Shown: positions 49,166 through 60,012, numbered from the stretch's first letter. The stretch is DNA of 64,000 nucleotides from an uncultured Melioribacteraceae bacterium (GCA_965365345.1 CBDUBH010000005.1:913-64912); one strand, 5' to 3'. The notes: generated by a model not told the origin, from the letters alone. Numbers and translations: made by a program.

Positions 49166-50533
49166 TCAAACTACATTACTGTAAGTTTTTTTCATTGAAA
49201 TATTATATTGTTCAAGCTTGTTGTAAAGCGTGGCTTTGCAAATTTTAAGAATTTTACAAGCTTTGGCTTTATTCCAGTTAACGCTTTCCAAAACTTTTTT
49301 TATGTGCTCTTTTTGAATATCATCAAGACTTAACAATACATTTTGTTTTACATGATCTTTATGAAAACCGTTTCGTAAGATCAAATATTCCTTTTCAAGA
49401 ATTTCATCTTTTGCTAAAACCACCGCCTGAAGCAGGCAATTTTCCATTTCCCTTACGTTTCCGTGCCACGAATGATTTTGTAAAACATCCATAACTTCGT
49501 AAGGAATTTTTGTTACTTTTTTGCCGAGTTCTTTATTGATCTTATTCAATAAATAAACTGCAAGATGCGGAATATCATCTTTTCTTTCGCGAAGCGGCGG
49601 AACTTCAATACTAAAAACTTTTAAACGGTAATAAAGATCCTCACGGAATTTTCCTTGTTCAACCAATTCAAAAAGATCTTTATTACTTGCGGTAATTATC
49701 CTTGAATGAATTGGAAAAGATTCATCACCGCCGACTTTTTCAACTTCATGCTCCTGTAATACGCGAAGCAATTTTGTTTGAAGATTTAAAGATATCTCTG
49801 AAATTTCATCCAGGAAAATCGTTCCGTTTCCGGCTAATTCAAATTTACCTTTTTTCTCGCGAATAGCTCCGGTAAAAGATCCTTTTACATGTCCGAATAA
49901 TTCAGATTCAAGTAAAGTTTCCGAAAGCGCAGCGCAGTTTACCGCAACAAAAGGATCGTTTTTTGTAATTCCCAGATTATGAATATTTTTTGCAATAAGC
50001 TCTTTTCCGGTTCCGCTTTCGCCTTCAATATAAACCGTAACTTTATTTGCAGAAACTTTTCCTATTTTTTTATAAACTTCTTTCATTAAAGGATTTCTGC
50101 CGATCAGTTGAAATTTACTTGTATAATTTTCTTTTTCGTTCGAAATGAAAAAATAGGATTGGTTTTTTAATTTTTTATTTTCAAGCGCGAGTTTTACCGT
50201 TTTGCGCAATCTTTCAAGTTCAAGTGATTTTTCTATGAAATCAAAAGCGCCGAATTGCATTGCGAGAATTGTGCTTTCAATATCATCAACTGCGGTTGTA
50301 ACAATAACTTGAATATTATGATCGAATTGTTTAACTGATTGAAGAATATTAATTCCGGTACAATCAATCAGTGAAAGTGCGGTTATTATCAGATCAGGAG
50401 GATTTTGCTTAGCGGAATTTAAGCCCGCTTCCCCGCTTTCAAAAAATGTTATTTTGTAGTTTTCAGATGATAAAGATTGAGCAATTTTTTTCCTGAATTC
50501 TTCATCATTATCAATGATTAAGATCCTTTCCAT
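49166..50533 (-). CDS. Sigma54-dependent response regulator (NtrC/AtoC/PilR family)
   Basis: REC domain, GESGTGKE, ESELFGHVKGSFTGA, FREDLYYRL, WHGNVRE, C-terminal Fis HTH. Confidence 0.95.
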   Translation of the reverse strand: MERILIIDNDEEFRKKIAQSLSSENYKITFFESGEAGLNSAKQNPPDLIITALSLIDCTGINILQSVKQFDHNIQVIVTTAVDDIESTILAMQFGAFDFIEKSLELERLRKTVKLALENKKLKNQSYFFISNEKENYTSKFQLIGRNPLMKEVYKKIGKVSANKVTVYIEGESGTGKELIAKNIHNLGITKNDPFVAVNCAALSETLLESELFGHVKGSFTGAIREKKGKFELAGNGTIFLDEISEISLNLQTKLLRVLQEHEVEKVGGDESFPIHSRIITASNKDLFELVEQGKFREDLYYRLKVFSIEVPPLRERKDDIPHLAVYLLNKINKELGKKVTKIPYEVMDVLQNHSWHGNVREMENCLLQAVVLAKDEILEKEYLILRNGFHKDHVKQNVLLSLDDIQKEHIKKVLESVNWNKAKACKILKICKATLYNKLEQYNISMKKTYSNVV

Positions 50534-50999
50534 ACAAAACTCATCCGCTCAAATTAATTTTTAAATACGTAACTTTTCGGAAAAATCTGCACTTGTGATT
50601 GCTGTAAAAAATGAACTATAAATCGAATTTCAGAAATCTATAATTATTCAAGGAGATTTTATTATCAGCGTTGATGAAAATTGTGTAAGGAAATAAAAGG
50701 ATTAAAATTTAATTTAAAAGAATAAAAATATTCTTCTTCCCTCTATTATTTCCCCTGTTAATTTTGCCCTCTTTTTTTTCAAAAAAAATTTTTTGTACTG
50801 CTACGAAATTAAATTTTTACAAATTTAAAACAATACCAAAAACCTTACATTTTTAAAATTTAACAGTGTTCATAAATTAAACTAAAAAAATAAGATAAAT
50901 TGTCAATATTAATTTTTAAAAAGAAAATTTTTTCAAAATCTTTAACGGATATTATTATTCTATTTTAATGACTTGTAATATTTAACAAATATTTTAAAT

Positions 51000-51764
51000 A
51001 TGGAATTAGCAATCAGGAGTAACAAAGTGAATACAAAAATCACGGATTCAAACGAATCAAAAACCGGTTTGCACAAAGATGAGCAAGTCGAAAAAAACCT
51101 TTTTGAAAAAGTTGATTTTGATCTTTTAACGAAAATTATAAAAGATCATAATTTAAATATGGAAGTTTTTCGAAAAGCGGTCTTCACAATTTCAACTAAT
51201 TCAGATATAGTTTCAGGTTATCCGATTCTTATTGAAGCAAAGGATAAGATCACTTGCTGCATTAATGAATTAGATAATTTGCACGATAAAGCCAAAGAAC
51301 ATTTTTCCGGATGTGTTTTGAAAATTGGCGAAGCATTAAAAAATTATGGAGTGATGACAGAAAATTCGGAAATCATTTCAGCGGCTTCTATAAAAGATTA
51401 TCAACTTAAAAACATGAGTGATCTGGAACTTCTGGAAAAAGGATTTACGGTATTCAGATTAGGAAAATCTTATCTTCAATCTCTTTACGCTTTTGATAAT
51501 TTAAAGGCGGTTATTGATGAATGTTACCGGACAGCAGAAATTAAAACCGGTAAAATCGAAAATCAAACTGAACGCGAAGATATAACTTCTTTATATCAAA
51601 AAACTTTAAATCAGGCGAAAAGTTATTTAACAAATCATGTTGATGTTGTTTTTAATGAGGTTAAAGAAGATCATCCGGCTTTTTATCTTGAATATAAAAA
51701 AGCAAGAATGCTAAGCAGTTTGAAAAATCCGGACACGGCAAATGAAAATTCCAAGCAAATTTAA
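51000..51764 (+). CDS. Hypothetical helical protein
   Basis: 254-aa ORF followed by a hairpin; C-terminal HPAFYLEYKKAR; no function recognised. Confidence 0.6.
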   Translation: MELAIRSNKVNTKITDSNESKTGLHKDEQVEKNLFEKVDFDLLTKIIKDHNLNMEVFRKAVFTISTNSDIVSGYPILIEAKDKITCCINELDNLHDKAKEHFSGCVLKIGEALKNYGVMTENSEIISAASIKDYQLKNMSDLELLEKGFTVFRLGKSYLQSLYAFDNLKAVIDECYRTAEIKTGKIENQTEREDITSLYQKTLNQAKSYLTNHVDVVFNEVKEDHPAFYLEYKKARMLSSLKNPDTANENSKQI

Positions 51765-51804
51765 TTTTTGGTTTTTTAGAAATTGTAAATGTAAAATGAT
51801 TTTA

Positions 51805-51841
51805 AGATCACGAAAAAGAAGTTCAACCTTTTTCGTGATCT
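51805..51841. terminator. Hairpin between convergent genes
   Basis: agatcacgaaaaag-9 nt-ctttttcgtgatct (14-bp stem). Confidence 0.65.
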
Positions 51842-51857
51842 AATCTTTAAAATTCAT

Positions 51858-53618
51858 TCAATAAAAATCCAGAAGTTCGGAAATATCAAGTTCATTTATT
51901 CTTTTTAAAATTGCGCTTTTTGATGTGCAAAAATATTTTGCAATTATTCCCAGCGGAACTTTCTGAATTAATTTTTCTTCAAGTTCAAAATCCATTTCCG
52001 GAGTCCAGTCTTCCGTGCGCAATTTAAATTTCTTTTGAATTAAATTTTTGTTCAGATCAACTTTGTATTTATCGTAATTATGTCCGGTTGCCGAGGAAAT
52101 TAAAACATGTTTTTTTGAATTGAAAATAAGATTTTTGCTGAACGCATTTGTGAGTTCCTCCGGCACTTTCAGTTTACTTAAAGCCCTTGTTGATGCAACG
52201 TACAAAAGATTTATCTCTTCTTCAATGCTGTCAAAATCAACATTTTCGCTGTCATCTTTTTTCACTAATTTCAAAATTGAATCTTCATTTATAAAATCAT
52301 TGACCAAAGTAACTTCATCGTATTCCAAACCTTTACAGCGGTGAACTGTAGAAAATATCATATCGGCTTTATTTCTTTCTTCGTTGCTAACATGTTTTTC
52401 TTTAAGCAGCTTAATTAATTTCGGAAGCTCTTTTCCGTATTCCTCAACAATATCAATCATAATTGAAAGATCGGCTTCTTCGGATTTTTCGGCATAATCT
52501 TTCAGATCGTAAAAACTTCCTATGCTTTTTATCAATTCATCTTTTATTAAATAATTTTTCCCTTCATATAAATTTAAAATATCGTAAAGTGAAGCGCCTG
52601 CGGTTGCGTACGTATAACTATTTAAATTTCCTTCGAAGTAAATTTTTTTGATCTCGCCGCCGTAACCTGTAACCATATCAATCGCTTTTATTAACAGCTT
52701 CAAATTTGTGCGTGCTATCGTTGCCCTTGTTTTTATTGTATCTTTTCCGCCTTTACCTTTAATATCAATAATGTTCGCATTTTTAAAATGAGATTTCCAT
52801 TTCAAAATTTCCTTTGCAAATTCTGCTAGTTCATTATCCAATCTGAAACTTGCGCTAAGCGGAAATTCGGGAAAATCTCTCACTTGCTGAAGTGAATTTA
52901 TTGCGTATCGCCATGCGTAAATTTGCTGATTTGTATCTCCGACAATTACCTTTTTTGAATTCTGATTCAAAAATACATCAAGCATTGCCTGGGAAGCATC
53001 TTGTCCTTCATCAAATAAAATGTAATCATAATTTAATTGAGGTTTACGAAGCTGAAAAAGTTTAAGATAAAAATCGTGAGTAATTCCGATTTCGGCTCGG
53101 TTCATTTTTGCAAGTAGAAGTCTTGTTGCGTAAACAATTCCTTCTAAATTATTTAGAACAAAATTCTGCGCCGAAGCATCTTTTACGGTTGCAAGATAAT
53201 CGAGATCCTGAACTTTCTCCTTATTGCTGTTGCAATAATAATTTGCATATTTTTTTATGTGATTCGCTGCAATTAAAACTGAACTTTTATCTTTTCCCGC
53301 AGTTTGAATATCAAGTATTTTTGCAATTTGATCGGTAGTATAATTTGTAAGCGAAAAAGTTGTACCGCGTACAATTCTGTTATAAGCAAGCGAGTGTGCG
53401 GTTTCAACACGAATGTTTGTTAATCCTTCATTTGCAAATTTTTCACGCGCGCTTAATTTAACCGATGAATTAAAAGCAAGATACAATATTTTTTTTACGC
53501 CGGATTTTGATTTTGCATATTCGATAAGAGTTGTAGTTTTTCCTGAACCAGCAACAGCGTTAATTTTAATATTCGAATCTGTTTCAATTATATTTTTTTG
53601 TTCTTCTGTAAGCTTCAT
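51858..53618 (-). CDS. UvrD-like superfamily 1 helicase (FBH1-like architecture)
   Basis: AVAGSGKTT, FDEGQD, VGDTNQQIY, SFR, STVHRCKGLE, LLYVASTRA. Confidence 0.9.
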   Translation of the reverse strand: MKLTEEQKNIIETDSNIKINAVAGSGKTTTLIEYAKSKSGVKKILYLAFNSSVKLSAREKFANEGLTNIRVETAHSLAYNRIVRGTTFSLTNYTTDQIAKILDIQTAGKDKSSVLIAANHIKKYANYYCNSNKEKVQDLDYLATVKDASAQNFVLNNLEGIVYATRLLLAKMNRAEIGITHDFYLKLFQLRKPQLNYDYILFDEGQDASQAMLDVFLNQNSKKVIVGDTNQQIYAWRYAINSLQQVRDFPEFPLSASFRLDNELAEFAKEILKWKSHFKNANIIDIKGKGGKDTIKTRATIARTNLKLLIKAIDMVTGYGGEIKKIYFEGNLNSYTYATAGASLYDILNLYEGKNYLIKDELIKSIGSFYDLKDYAEKSEEADLSIMIDIVEEYGKELPKLIKLLKEKHVSNEERNKADMIFSTVHRCKGLEYDEVTLVNDFINEDSILKLVKKDDSENVDFDSIEEEINLLYVASTRALSKLKVPEELTNAFSKNLIFNSKKHVLISSATGHNYDKYKVDLNKNLIQKKFKLRTEDWTPEMDFELEEKLIQKVPLGIIAKYFCTSKSAILKRINELDISELLDFY

Positions 53619-53755
53619 TTAACCAAAATAATTTGACCGGTAAATAAAGTTAAATTATCAATTTAATTCAACATAAAACGAAATCGTTTTTTTCTTCTGA
53701 ACGCTTGTTAATTTGAATTTTAAAAATTAGTTTTAGCTAACAAACTCGGTATTTT

Positions 53756-54529
53756 ATGAACAGAATAAAAAACATCAAAGCAATTTTGTTTGATCTTGAC
53801 GGCGTGGTTTACGTTGATAACAATCTTATTGAAGGATCGCTTGAAACAATTCAGAATATTAAAGCCGGCGGATTTAAAACTCTATTTGTAACAAACACCA
53901 CCGTAAAATCAATTCAGAGTATAAAAGATAAATTAAATTCGTTAAATGTCCCTTTTGAAGATGATGAAATTTACAGCGCACCAATTGCCGCAATTGATTT
54001 TTTGAGAAAGCAAAATTCTCCGAAATGTTTTTTTGTTTTGAACGAAGATGTTAAAAAAGATTTTAAGGAATTTCAGGAAGATGAAATTTCACCGGAGTTT
54101 GTTATCATCGGCGATATCGGTAATAAATGGAATTACGATCTGATGAACAAACTATTCAAATATATTCTTAACGGCGCAAAAATGATTGCGCTTCACAAAG
54201 GAAAATATTGGCTTACCGAAAAAGGATTTCAAATGGATATCGGCGCTTTTATTCACGGTTTGGAATATGCAACCAATAAAAACGCGCTTGTATTGGGAAA
54301 GCCTTCACAGAATTTTTTCTCCGCTGCAATTTCAAAATTAAATGTGGAAGCTTATCAAGCTGCAATTATCGGCGATGATATTGAAACGGATATAGGTGCG
54401 GCACAAAGTCTGGGAATGCTCGGGATTTTAGTACGCACCGGAAAATTCAGAAAAGAATTTTTAATGAATTCTTCGATTCATCCTGATATTATAATTGATT
54501 CCATCAAAGATCTGAATAAATATTTTTGA
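53756..54529 (+). CDS. HAD-IIA hydrolase (LHPP/HDHD2-like)
   Basis: FDLDGVVY, VTNTT, LGKPS, IGDDIETDI, VRTGKFR. Confidence 0.9.
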   Translation: MNRIKNIKAILFDLDGVVYVDNNLIEGSLETIQNIKAGGFKTLFVTNTTVKSIQSIKDKLNSLNVPFEDDEIYSAPIAAIDFLRKQNSPKCFFVLNEDVKKDFKEFQEDEISPEFVIIGDIGNKWNYDLMNKLFKYILNGAKMIALHKGKYWLTEKGFQMDIGAFIHGLEYATNKNALVLGKPSQNFFSAAISKLNVEAYQAAIIGDDIETDIGAAQSLGMLGILVRTGKFRKEFLMNSSIHPDIIIDSIKDLNKYF

Positions 54530-54547
54530 TCCTTACCGGAAATTTTT

Positions 54548-55000
54548 ATGAAAGATTTTTTTTGGAAATGGAAAAATTTTGAAGAAATAAGCAAAGATGA
54601 ACTTTACGAAATTCTTTCACTAAGACAAAAGATTTTTATTGTTGAACAGAACTCCCCTTTTGTTGATGCTGATTTTATTGATCAGAAATCACTTCATTTA
54701 ATTTGCAAAAACAGTAAGAATAAAATCTGCGCATATTTACGAGTAATTCCGCCTGATATAAAATTCAGTGAAGCATCTTTTGGAAGGGTTTTTGTAATTC
54801 CGGAATTCAGAAAAAACGGATTGGCAAAAATTGCAGTTCAAAATTGTATGAATAAAATCCACGAACTTTACGGAAATGTATCAATCAAAATTGATGCTCA
54901 AATTTATCTGAAAAAATTTTATGAAGATTTCGGATTCGTTCAAATTGAAAATCCTTTTGATGATGCCGGAGTTCTTCACATAACAATGATCAAAAAATAA
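54548..55000 (+). CDS. elaA: ElaA-like GNAT acetyltransferase
   Basis: LYEILSLRQKIFIVEQ, FGRV, AQIYLKKFYEDFGF, DAGVLHITM. Confidence 0.88.
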   Translation: MKDFFWKWKNFEEISKDELYEILSLRQKIFIVEQNSPFVDADFIDQKSLHLICKNSKNKICAYLRVIPPDIKFSEASFGRVFVIPEFRKNGLAKIAVQNCMNKIHELYGNVSIKIDAQIYLKKFYEDFGFVQIENPFDDAGVLHITMIKK

Positions 55001-55002
55001 AT

Positions 55003-55737
55003 TTATTTTTGCCAGAAAGATTCAAGCAGACAAATTTCATTTTCCGCTTCAGAAATTTTATGATAAAAAATAATTCCGTTTTCAGTTTCTTTAATTTCTG
55101 AGGCTGATCTTATTTTACTTCCGTAATGAGTTTCTTTTTTATAAATGATCTTCAATCTTTTCATTTCATAATTTTTCAAAATTTCGGGCGGAACGGTTTC
55201 CATAGCCCAATCAACATACGAAATATTATTAACATGTTCGTTTGAATCAATATCGCTTTGTCTTACAAAAAATTCTTTTACAAAATCTTCCTTTGTTAAA
55301 TTTCCGGGATCAACAATTTGAAGATCACGATTTTCACCTTGAGCAATATTGTAACCTTTTAACATATCATCGTTTATTTTTGCGGGCTTGCGTAATTTTG
55401 TGTTAATAAAAAACCACATTGAATTTGCTTCGGCTATCAACTCTTTTTGCAAATTATAAACTTCAAATTTTCTGAAAGCGTAAAATCTAAAAAACCCCAT
55501 TGGAGTAGTAACAACTTTTATTGAATCCTGAAACTTCGGATATTTATAAAATTTTATATCCCATTTATGTATAAGCCAGGCAACGTCATTATTTGCGTAA
55601 TAATCCAAGCCAATGCCGCGGCTTTCGCTTTGCAGAGTTGCAATGTCTTCAAAATATCGCATTAAAGATACAGGCAATACTTTTTTGTTCAATCCCGCAT
55701 CGTAATAGTGAATAAAATAATCGCGTTCAAATTTCAT
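55003..55737 (-). CDS. Acyl-ACP thioesterase
   Basis: Double hot-dog fold, SDIDSNEHVNNISYVDW. ATG at 55737 (MKFERD) preferred. Confidence 0.9.
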   Translation of the reverse strand: MKFERDYFIHYYDAGLNKKVLPVSLMRYFEDIATLQSESRGIGLDYYANNDVAWLIHKWDIKFYKYPKFQDSIKVVTTPMGFFRFYAFRKFEVYNLQKELIAEANSMWFFINTKLRKPAKINDDMLKGYNIAQGENRDLQIVDPGNLTKEDFVKEFFVRQSDIDSNEHVNNISYVDWAMETVPPEILKNYEMKRLKIIYKKETHYGSKIRSASEIKETENGIIFYHKISEAENEICLLESFWQK

Positions 55738-55941
55738 AAAATTTTCTTTTAAATAAGTTTTATAACAATAACAAAAGATAAATTTATGTAATGAAGATTT
55801 CAACATTTGACAATACTAAAAATAAAGATACCAATAATTGCCCTTTCCAAATATCAAAATTTAATTTAATTGGAACTAAATATTCTACCTGCTGCAATTT
55901 CTTAATAATAACACCAATTTAATTTCATTTAGGAGGACTAT

Positions 55942-57678
55942 ATGAGAATTTATCCGGTTCGCATTTCGGTTCTTTCGTCTTTTCTATTTTTGATCTTTTC
56001 TTTCAGTATTTTTGCAAATTCCACACCCAAAAATTATTTAATAATTACAAAATCTGAAAAAGTTTCTTCAAAAATAATTGATGACTTAAAAAAGATCGAT
56101 GGAAAGATCAATTTCAATTTAGAAAAGATAGGTATCATTTCTGTAACATCAAGTAATTCAGATTTTGAAGCTAAAGCAAAAAAGATCACAGGAATTCATG
56201 ATGTTGTTCAGGATGCAAAATTAAATTTCATTCCCGGTGAAAAGAATTTCGAATTTACTGAGGATTATGAAAATCCACCTTACAGTGGAGATGATGACAT
56301 TCGTTTCGATCTTCAATGGGGACACGATGCGGTTGATGCTATTGAAGCATGGAATGCCGGATATCGCGGCAATGGTGTGAGAGTTGCAGTTTTAGATAGC
56401 GGATTTGATCTGGACCATCCGGATTTAGCTCCTAATATCGATTTTGCATCAAGCGCTAGTTTTGTTACGGGAGAAGGACTTGGATATGCTTTGCCTGATG
56501 TTTTTAGCCACGGTTCACATACAGCCGGAACAGTAGCCGCTGCTGATAATGGATTTGGAACAATAGGAGTTGCACCGGAAGCTGAATTGGTTTTGGTAAA
56601 AGTTTTGACTGATGCAGGAAGCGGAGCTTTTTCATGGATCATAGGAGGTATTTATCATGCTGCAATGGAAGATGCTGATATTATTACTATGAGCATTGGC
56701 GCAAATATTCCAAGGCACGGATATATTGATGATAATGGAACTCCAGATGATCCCACAGATGATTACAGAGTGAACGCAGCACAGCTTCAATCCATCTTTT
56801 TAGGATTAAGCAGAGCTGCAAATTTTGCATATCAAAATGGGTCTCTTTTAATTGCTTCTGCAGGAAATGAAGCTATAGATGGTGATCATAATGCAGATCT
56901 GATACATTTACCTTCGGGAATTCAGAATATTCTTTCAATTTCTGCAACTGCACCAATCGGGTGGGCGACTGATCCTTTAAACGCATTTTTAAGTTACCCG
57001 GCTAGCTATACAAATTACGGACAATCAACAATTGATTTAGCAGCTCCTGGAGGAGATACTCAATACCCCGGAAATGAAAGTTGTTTAATCGGTGGTTTAT
57101 TAAGACCGTGCTGGGTGTTTGACTTAGTTTTCAGTACTGGGAATAATGGTTGGTATTGGTCAGCAGGAACAAGTATGGCAGCTCCGCATGCCGCAGGAGT
57201 TGCAGCAATTGTCAAAGGCGCAAATCCAAATCTATCCCCTGCTCAACTTGAAAATATCTTAAAAAGATCCGCTGTTGATCTTGGAAAACCGGGCAATGAT
57301 GATTATTACGGAGCAGGATTAGTAAATGCCTATAACGCATTAAAAGTAATGCGACTTGCAAAAGAAAATCCTGAAGGAAATGTTGTATCAGCAATTCCGA
57401 ACGAATATTCACTCGATCAGAATTATCCGAATCCATTTAATCCTTCAACAATGATCAATTTCCAAATTCCGGAAAATGCAGAAGTTACTTTGAACGTTTA
57501 CAATGTTCAGGGTGAACTTATCAGAACTTTGGTTTCGGAATTTAAAGATGCCGGTTATTATTCTGTTTCCTGGGATGGAAGAGATAATTTCAGCAAACCG
57601 GTTTCATCCGGAGTTTATATTTATAAATTATCGGCAGGAACTTTCAATCAAGCCGCAAAAATGATGTTGGTTAAATAA
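55942..57678 (+). CDS. Secreted S8 subtilase with FlgD/T9SS-type C-terminal domain
   Basis: Catalytic triad VAVLDSG, HGSHTAG, GTSMAAPH; C-terminal QNYPNPFNP...WDGRD...SGVY...KMMLVK; AGGAGG RBS. Confidence 0.95.
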   Translation: MRIYPVRISVLSSFLFLIFSFSIFANSTPKNYLIITKSEKVSSKIIDDLKKIDGKINFNLEKIGIISVTSSNSDFEAKAKKITGIHDVVQDAKLNFIPGEKNFEFTEDYENPPYSGDDDIRFDLQWGHDAVDAIEAWNAGYRGNGVRVAVLDSGFDLDHPDLAPNIDFASSASFVTGEGLGYALPDVFSHGSHTAGTVAAADNGFGTIGVAPEAELVLVKVLTDAGSGAFSWIIGGIYHAAMEDADIITMSIGANIPRHGYIDDNGTPDDPTDDYRVNAAQLQSIFLGLSRAANFAYQNGSLLIASAGNEAIDGDHNADLIHLPSGIQNILSISATAPIGWATDPLNAFLSYPASYTNYGQSTIDLAAPGGDTQYPGNESCLIGGLLRPCWVFDLVFSTGNNGWYWSAGTSMAAPHAAGVAAIVKGANPNLSPAQLENILKRSAVDLGKPGNDDYYGAGLVNAYNALKVMRLAKENPEGNVVSAIPNEYSLDQNYPNPFNPSTMINFQIPENAEVTLNVYNVQGELIRTLVSEFKDAGYYSVSWDGRDNFSKPVSSGVYIYKLSAGTFNQAAKMMLVK

Positions 57679-57708
57679 ACAAAATAATTTCATTTAAATT
57701 GGTTTGAC

Positions 57709-57741
57709 AAAAAAGCCGCTGAAAATCAGCGGCTTTTTTTT
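57709..57741. terminator. Bidirectional terminator
   Basis: aaaaaagccgctga-aaa-tcagcggctttttttt. Confidence 0.85.
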
Positions 57742-57748
57742 GCAAATT

Positions 57749-58060
57749 TTATTTTACCATCGGATAATATTTATTTTTTGATCTCGTCTTATATGTTACA
57801 AATTTTTTTGTTTCGTAACCGACGATCGTCCTGGCTAATTTTCCGTTCTTGTAAACATTTTTATAAACCGCAACCTGCTTGTATTCAACTTTTGGAACAT
57901 ATGTAATTTCTTTTACTCGAACTTTATTTCCAACAACTGATGTTGTATAAACTTTTTTCGGATTAGTAATTTCCCTTTCCTGCGCAAAAAAATCTGCAGT
58001 AATCAAAACTGAAAAAGCAAAAAATCCAAGCAAAAATCTTATTTTAATTTTGTTTATCAT
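57749..58060 (-). CDS. Small basic secreted hypothetical protein
   Basis: Signal-peptide-like start; mature part rich in K, V, Y and T. Confidence 0.55.
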   Translation of the reverse strand: MINKIKIRFLLGFFAFSVLITADFFAQEREITNPKKVYTTSVVGNKVRVKEITYVPKVEYKQVAVYKNVYKNGKLARTIVGYETKKFVTYKTRSKNKYYPMVK

Positions 58061-58155
58061 AATTCAATTATCGAATTGATGCTTTTTATGTTTAGTTTTA
58101 ATAATATTTTTTGCTTATTTTTATCATTTATAAATGCGAATAAACAAAATCCTTT

Positions 58156-59946
58156 TTGATGTTAAAAAATCTTTTATTTGAAAAATTGTCTGCTTTGTTT
58201 TTAAAGTTAAAGGGAAGATTTACCGGCAAGCAGTTTTTAATTTTCATTAGTATTTTAGTTGGATTTACAGCCGGATTTGCTGCAGTAATTTTAAAATTTC
58301 TTGTTTATTATATTCATCATTTATTAACTCAAGATTATGATCTTCCTTTTCAGTACATTTTACTTTTGCTTTTTCCGGCAATCGGATTAATTATAACCGC
58401 AGCTTTCATAAAATTTTTCTTGAAGAAGAAATTTTCTAAAGGATCTCCATACATTTTACATTCAATCGCTAAAAAATCAAGTTTGATTGAAAAAGCTTCG
58501 ATGTACACTCACATAATTACAAGCGCAATTACAGTAGGATTCGGAGGCTCTGCAGGTCTTGAGTCTCCTATTGCAGTAACCGGGGCGGCTATCGGATCAA
58601 ATTACGGCAGACTGAATATTTTAAATTACCGAGATAGAACTGTTTTACTTGCTTCGGGAGCGGCAGCTGGAATTTCCGCAGCTTTTAACGCACCGATTGC
58701 TGGAGTAATGTTTGCGCTTGAAATTTTACTAACAGAAGTAACAATTTCTACATTTATTCCGTTAATAATTTCTTCGGCAACCGGTGCGCTTTTATCAAAA
58801 GTAATTTTGAATGAAGAAATTTTATTCTTCTTTAAATTGCGTCAGCCATTCGATTATCATAACGTTCCGTTTTACATTTTGCTCGGAATTTTAGTCGGAT
58901 TTTTATCGGTTTATTATGGAAAAGTTTTTTTAAAGGTTGAACATTATTTTAAAAAATATAAAAATAGTTTTTTAAGAAAATCTTTAATTGGCGGTTCGGT
59001 TTTGGCAATTTTAATTTACCTTTTTCCTCCGCTTTTTGGTGAAGGTTACGAAAGTGTAAAAATTCTGGTAAACGGAAATCCTTCCGATCTTCTTAAAAAC
59101 AGTATTCTGGAAAATTTTTCCGCAAATGAATGGCTGGTTTTATTTTTCATCGGCGGAATATCAATCATTAAAGTTGTTGCAACTTCTGTAACTTTGAACA
59201 GCGGCGGTAACGGTGGAAATTTTGCACCTTCACTTTTCGTTGGAGCATATTTCGGATTTTTCTTTTCAAGATTGATGAACATGCTTAAAATCTCTGATCT
59301 TCCGGAAACGAATTTTGCAATTGTTGGAATGGCGGGAGTTTTAAGCGGAGTTATGTATGCGCCGCTTACCGGAATATTTCTTATTGCCGAAATTACCGGC
59401 GGCTATGAACTTATGATTCCGCTTATGATCGTTTCGGCAATTGCTTACGCAATTGTTAAAAATTTTGATCCTTATTCTATGGATATTCGCGAACTTGCGA
59501 AAAAAGGACATATTTTTACTGATAACCGCGATAGGAATATTTTAACTTTACTCGATGTAAAAGATATAATTGAAACAAATTTCAAAACCGTTCCCGATTC
59601 TGCAAATCTTGAAGATCTAACAAAAATTATTGCTCAATCAAAAAGGAATTTATTTCCGGTGGTGAATAAAGAAAAAGTTTTGCTGGGAGTAATTAATTTA
59701 GATGACATTCGCGAATTCTTATTTGATCTTCAAAAATACGGCGATATTTTGGCAGTTGAATTAATGAACAAACCCGCAGCAACAGTTCAGTTCAATGAAG
59801 AAATGAGTTCGGTTATGCGCAAATTTGACGAAACCGGAAGTTGGAATTTACCGATTTTGGACGGTCAAGTTTATGTCGGATTTATTTCTAAATCCACAAT
59901 ATTTAATGAATACAGAGATCAATTAATTAGAAATAGTTCCGAATAA
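58156..59946 (+). CDS. ClC chloride channel/antiporter with CBS pair
   Basis: GGSAGLESP, FNAPIAG, GGNFAPSLF, C-terminal CBS domains. Confidence 0.93.
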   Translation: MMLKNLLFEKLSALFLKLKGRFTGKQFLIFISILVGFTAGFAAVILKFLVYYIHHLLTQDYDLPFQYILLLLFPAIGLIITAAFIKFFLKKKFSKGSPYILHSIAKKSSLIEKASMYTHIITSAITVGFGGSAGLESPIAVTGAAIGSNYGRLNILNYRDRTVLLASGAAAGISAAFNAPIAGVMFALEILLTEVTISTFIPLIISSATGALLSKVILNEEILFFFKLRQPFDYHNVPFYILLGILVGFLSVYYGKVFLKVEHYFKKYKNSFLRKSLIGGSVLAILIYLFPPLFGEGYESVKILVNGNPSDLLKNSILENFSANEWLVLFFIGGISIIKVVATSVTLNSGGNGGNFAPSLFVGAYFGFFFSRLMNMLKISDLPETNFAIVGMAGVLSGVMYAPLTGIFLIAEITGGYELMIPLMIVSAIAYAIVKNFDPYSMDIRELAKKGHIFTDNRDRNILTLLDVKDIIETNFKTVPDSANLEDLTKIIAQSKRNLFPVVNKEKVLLGVINLDDIREFLFDLQKYGDILAVELMNKPAATVQFNEEMSSVMRKFDETGSWNLPILDGQVYVGFISKSTIFNEYRDQLIRNSSE

Positions 59947-60012
59947 ATTTTTGATTTTCAACTTCTAGTTTTTAAGAATATAATATTTCGATATAAAATT
60001 TATAAATAAAAA

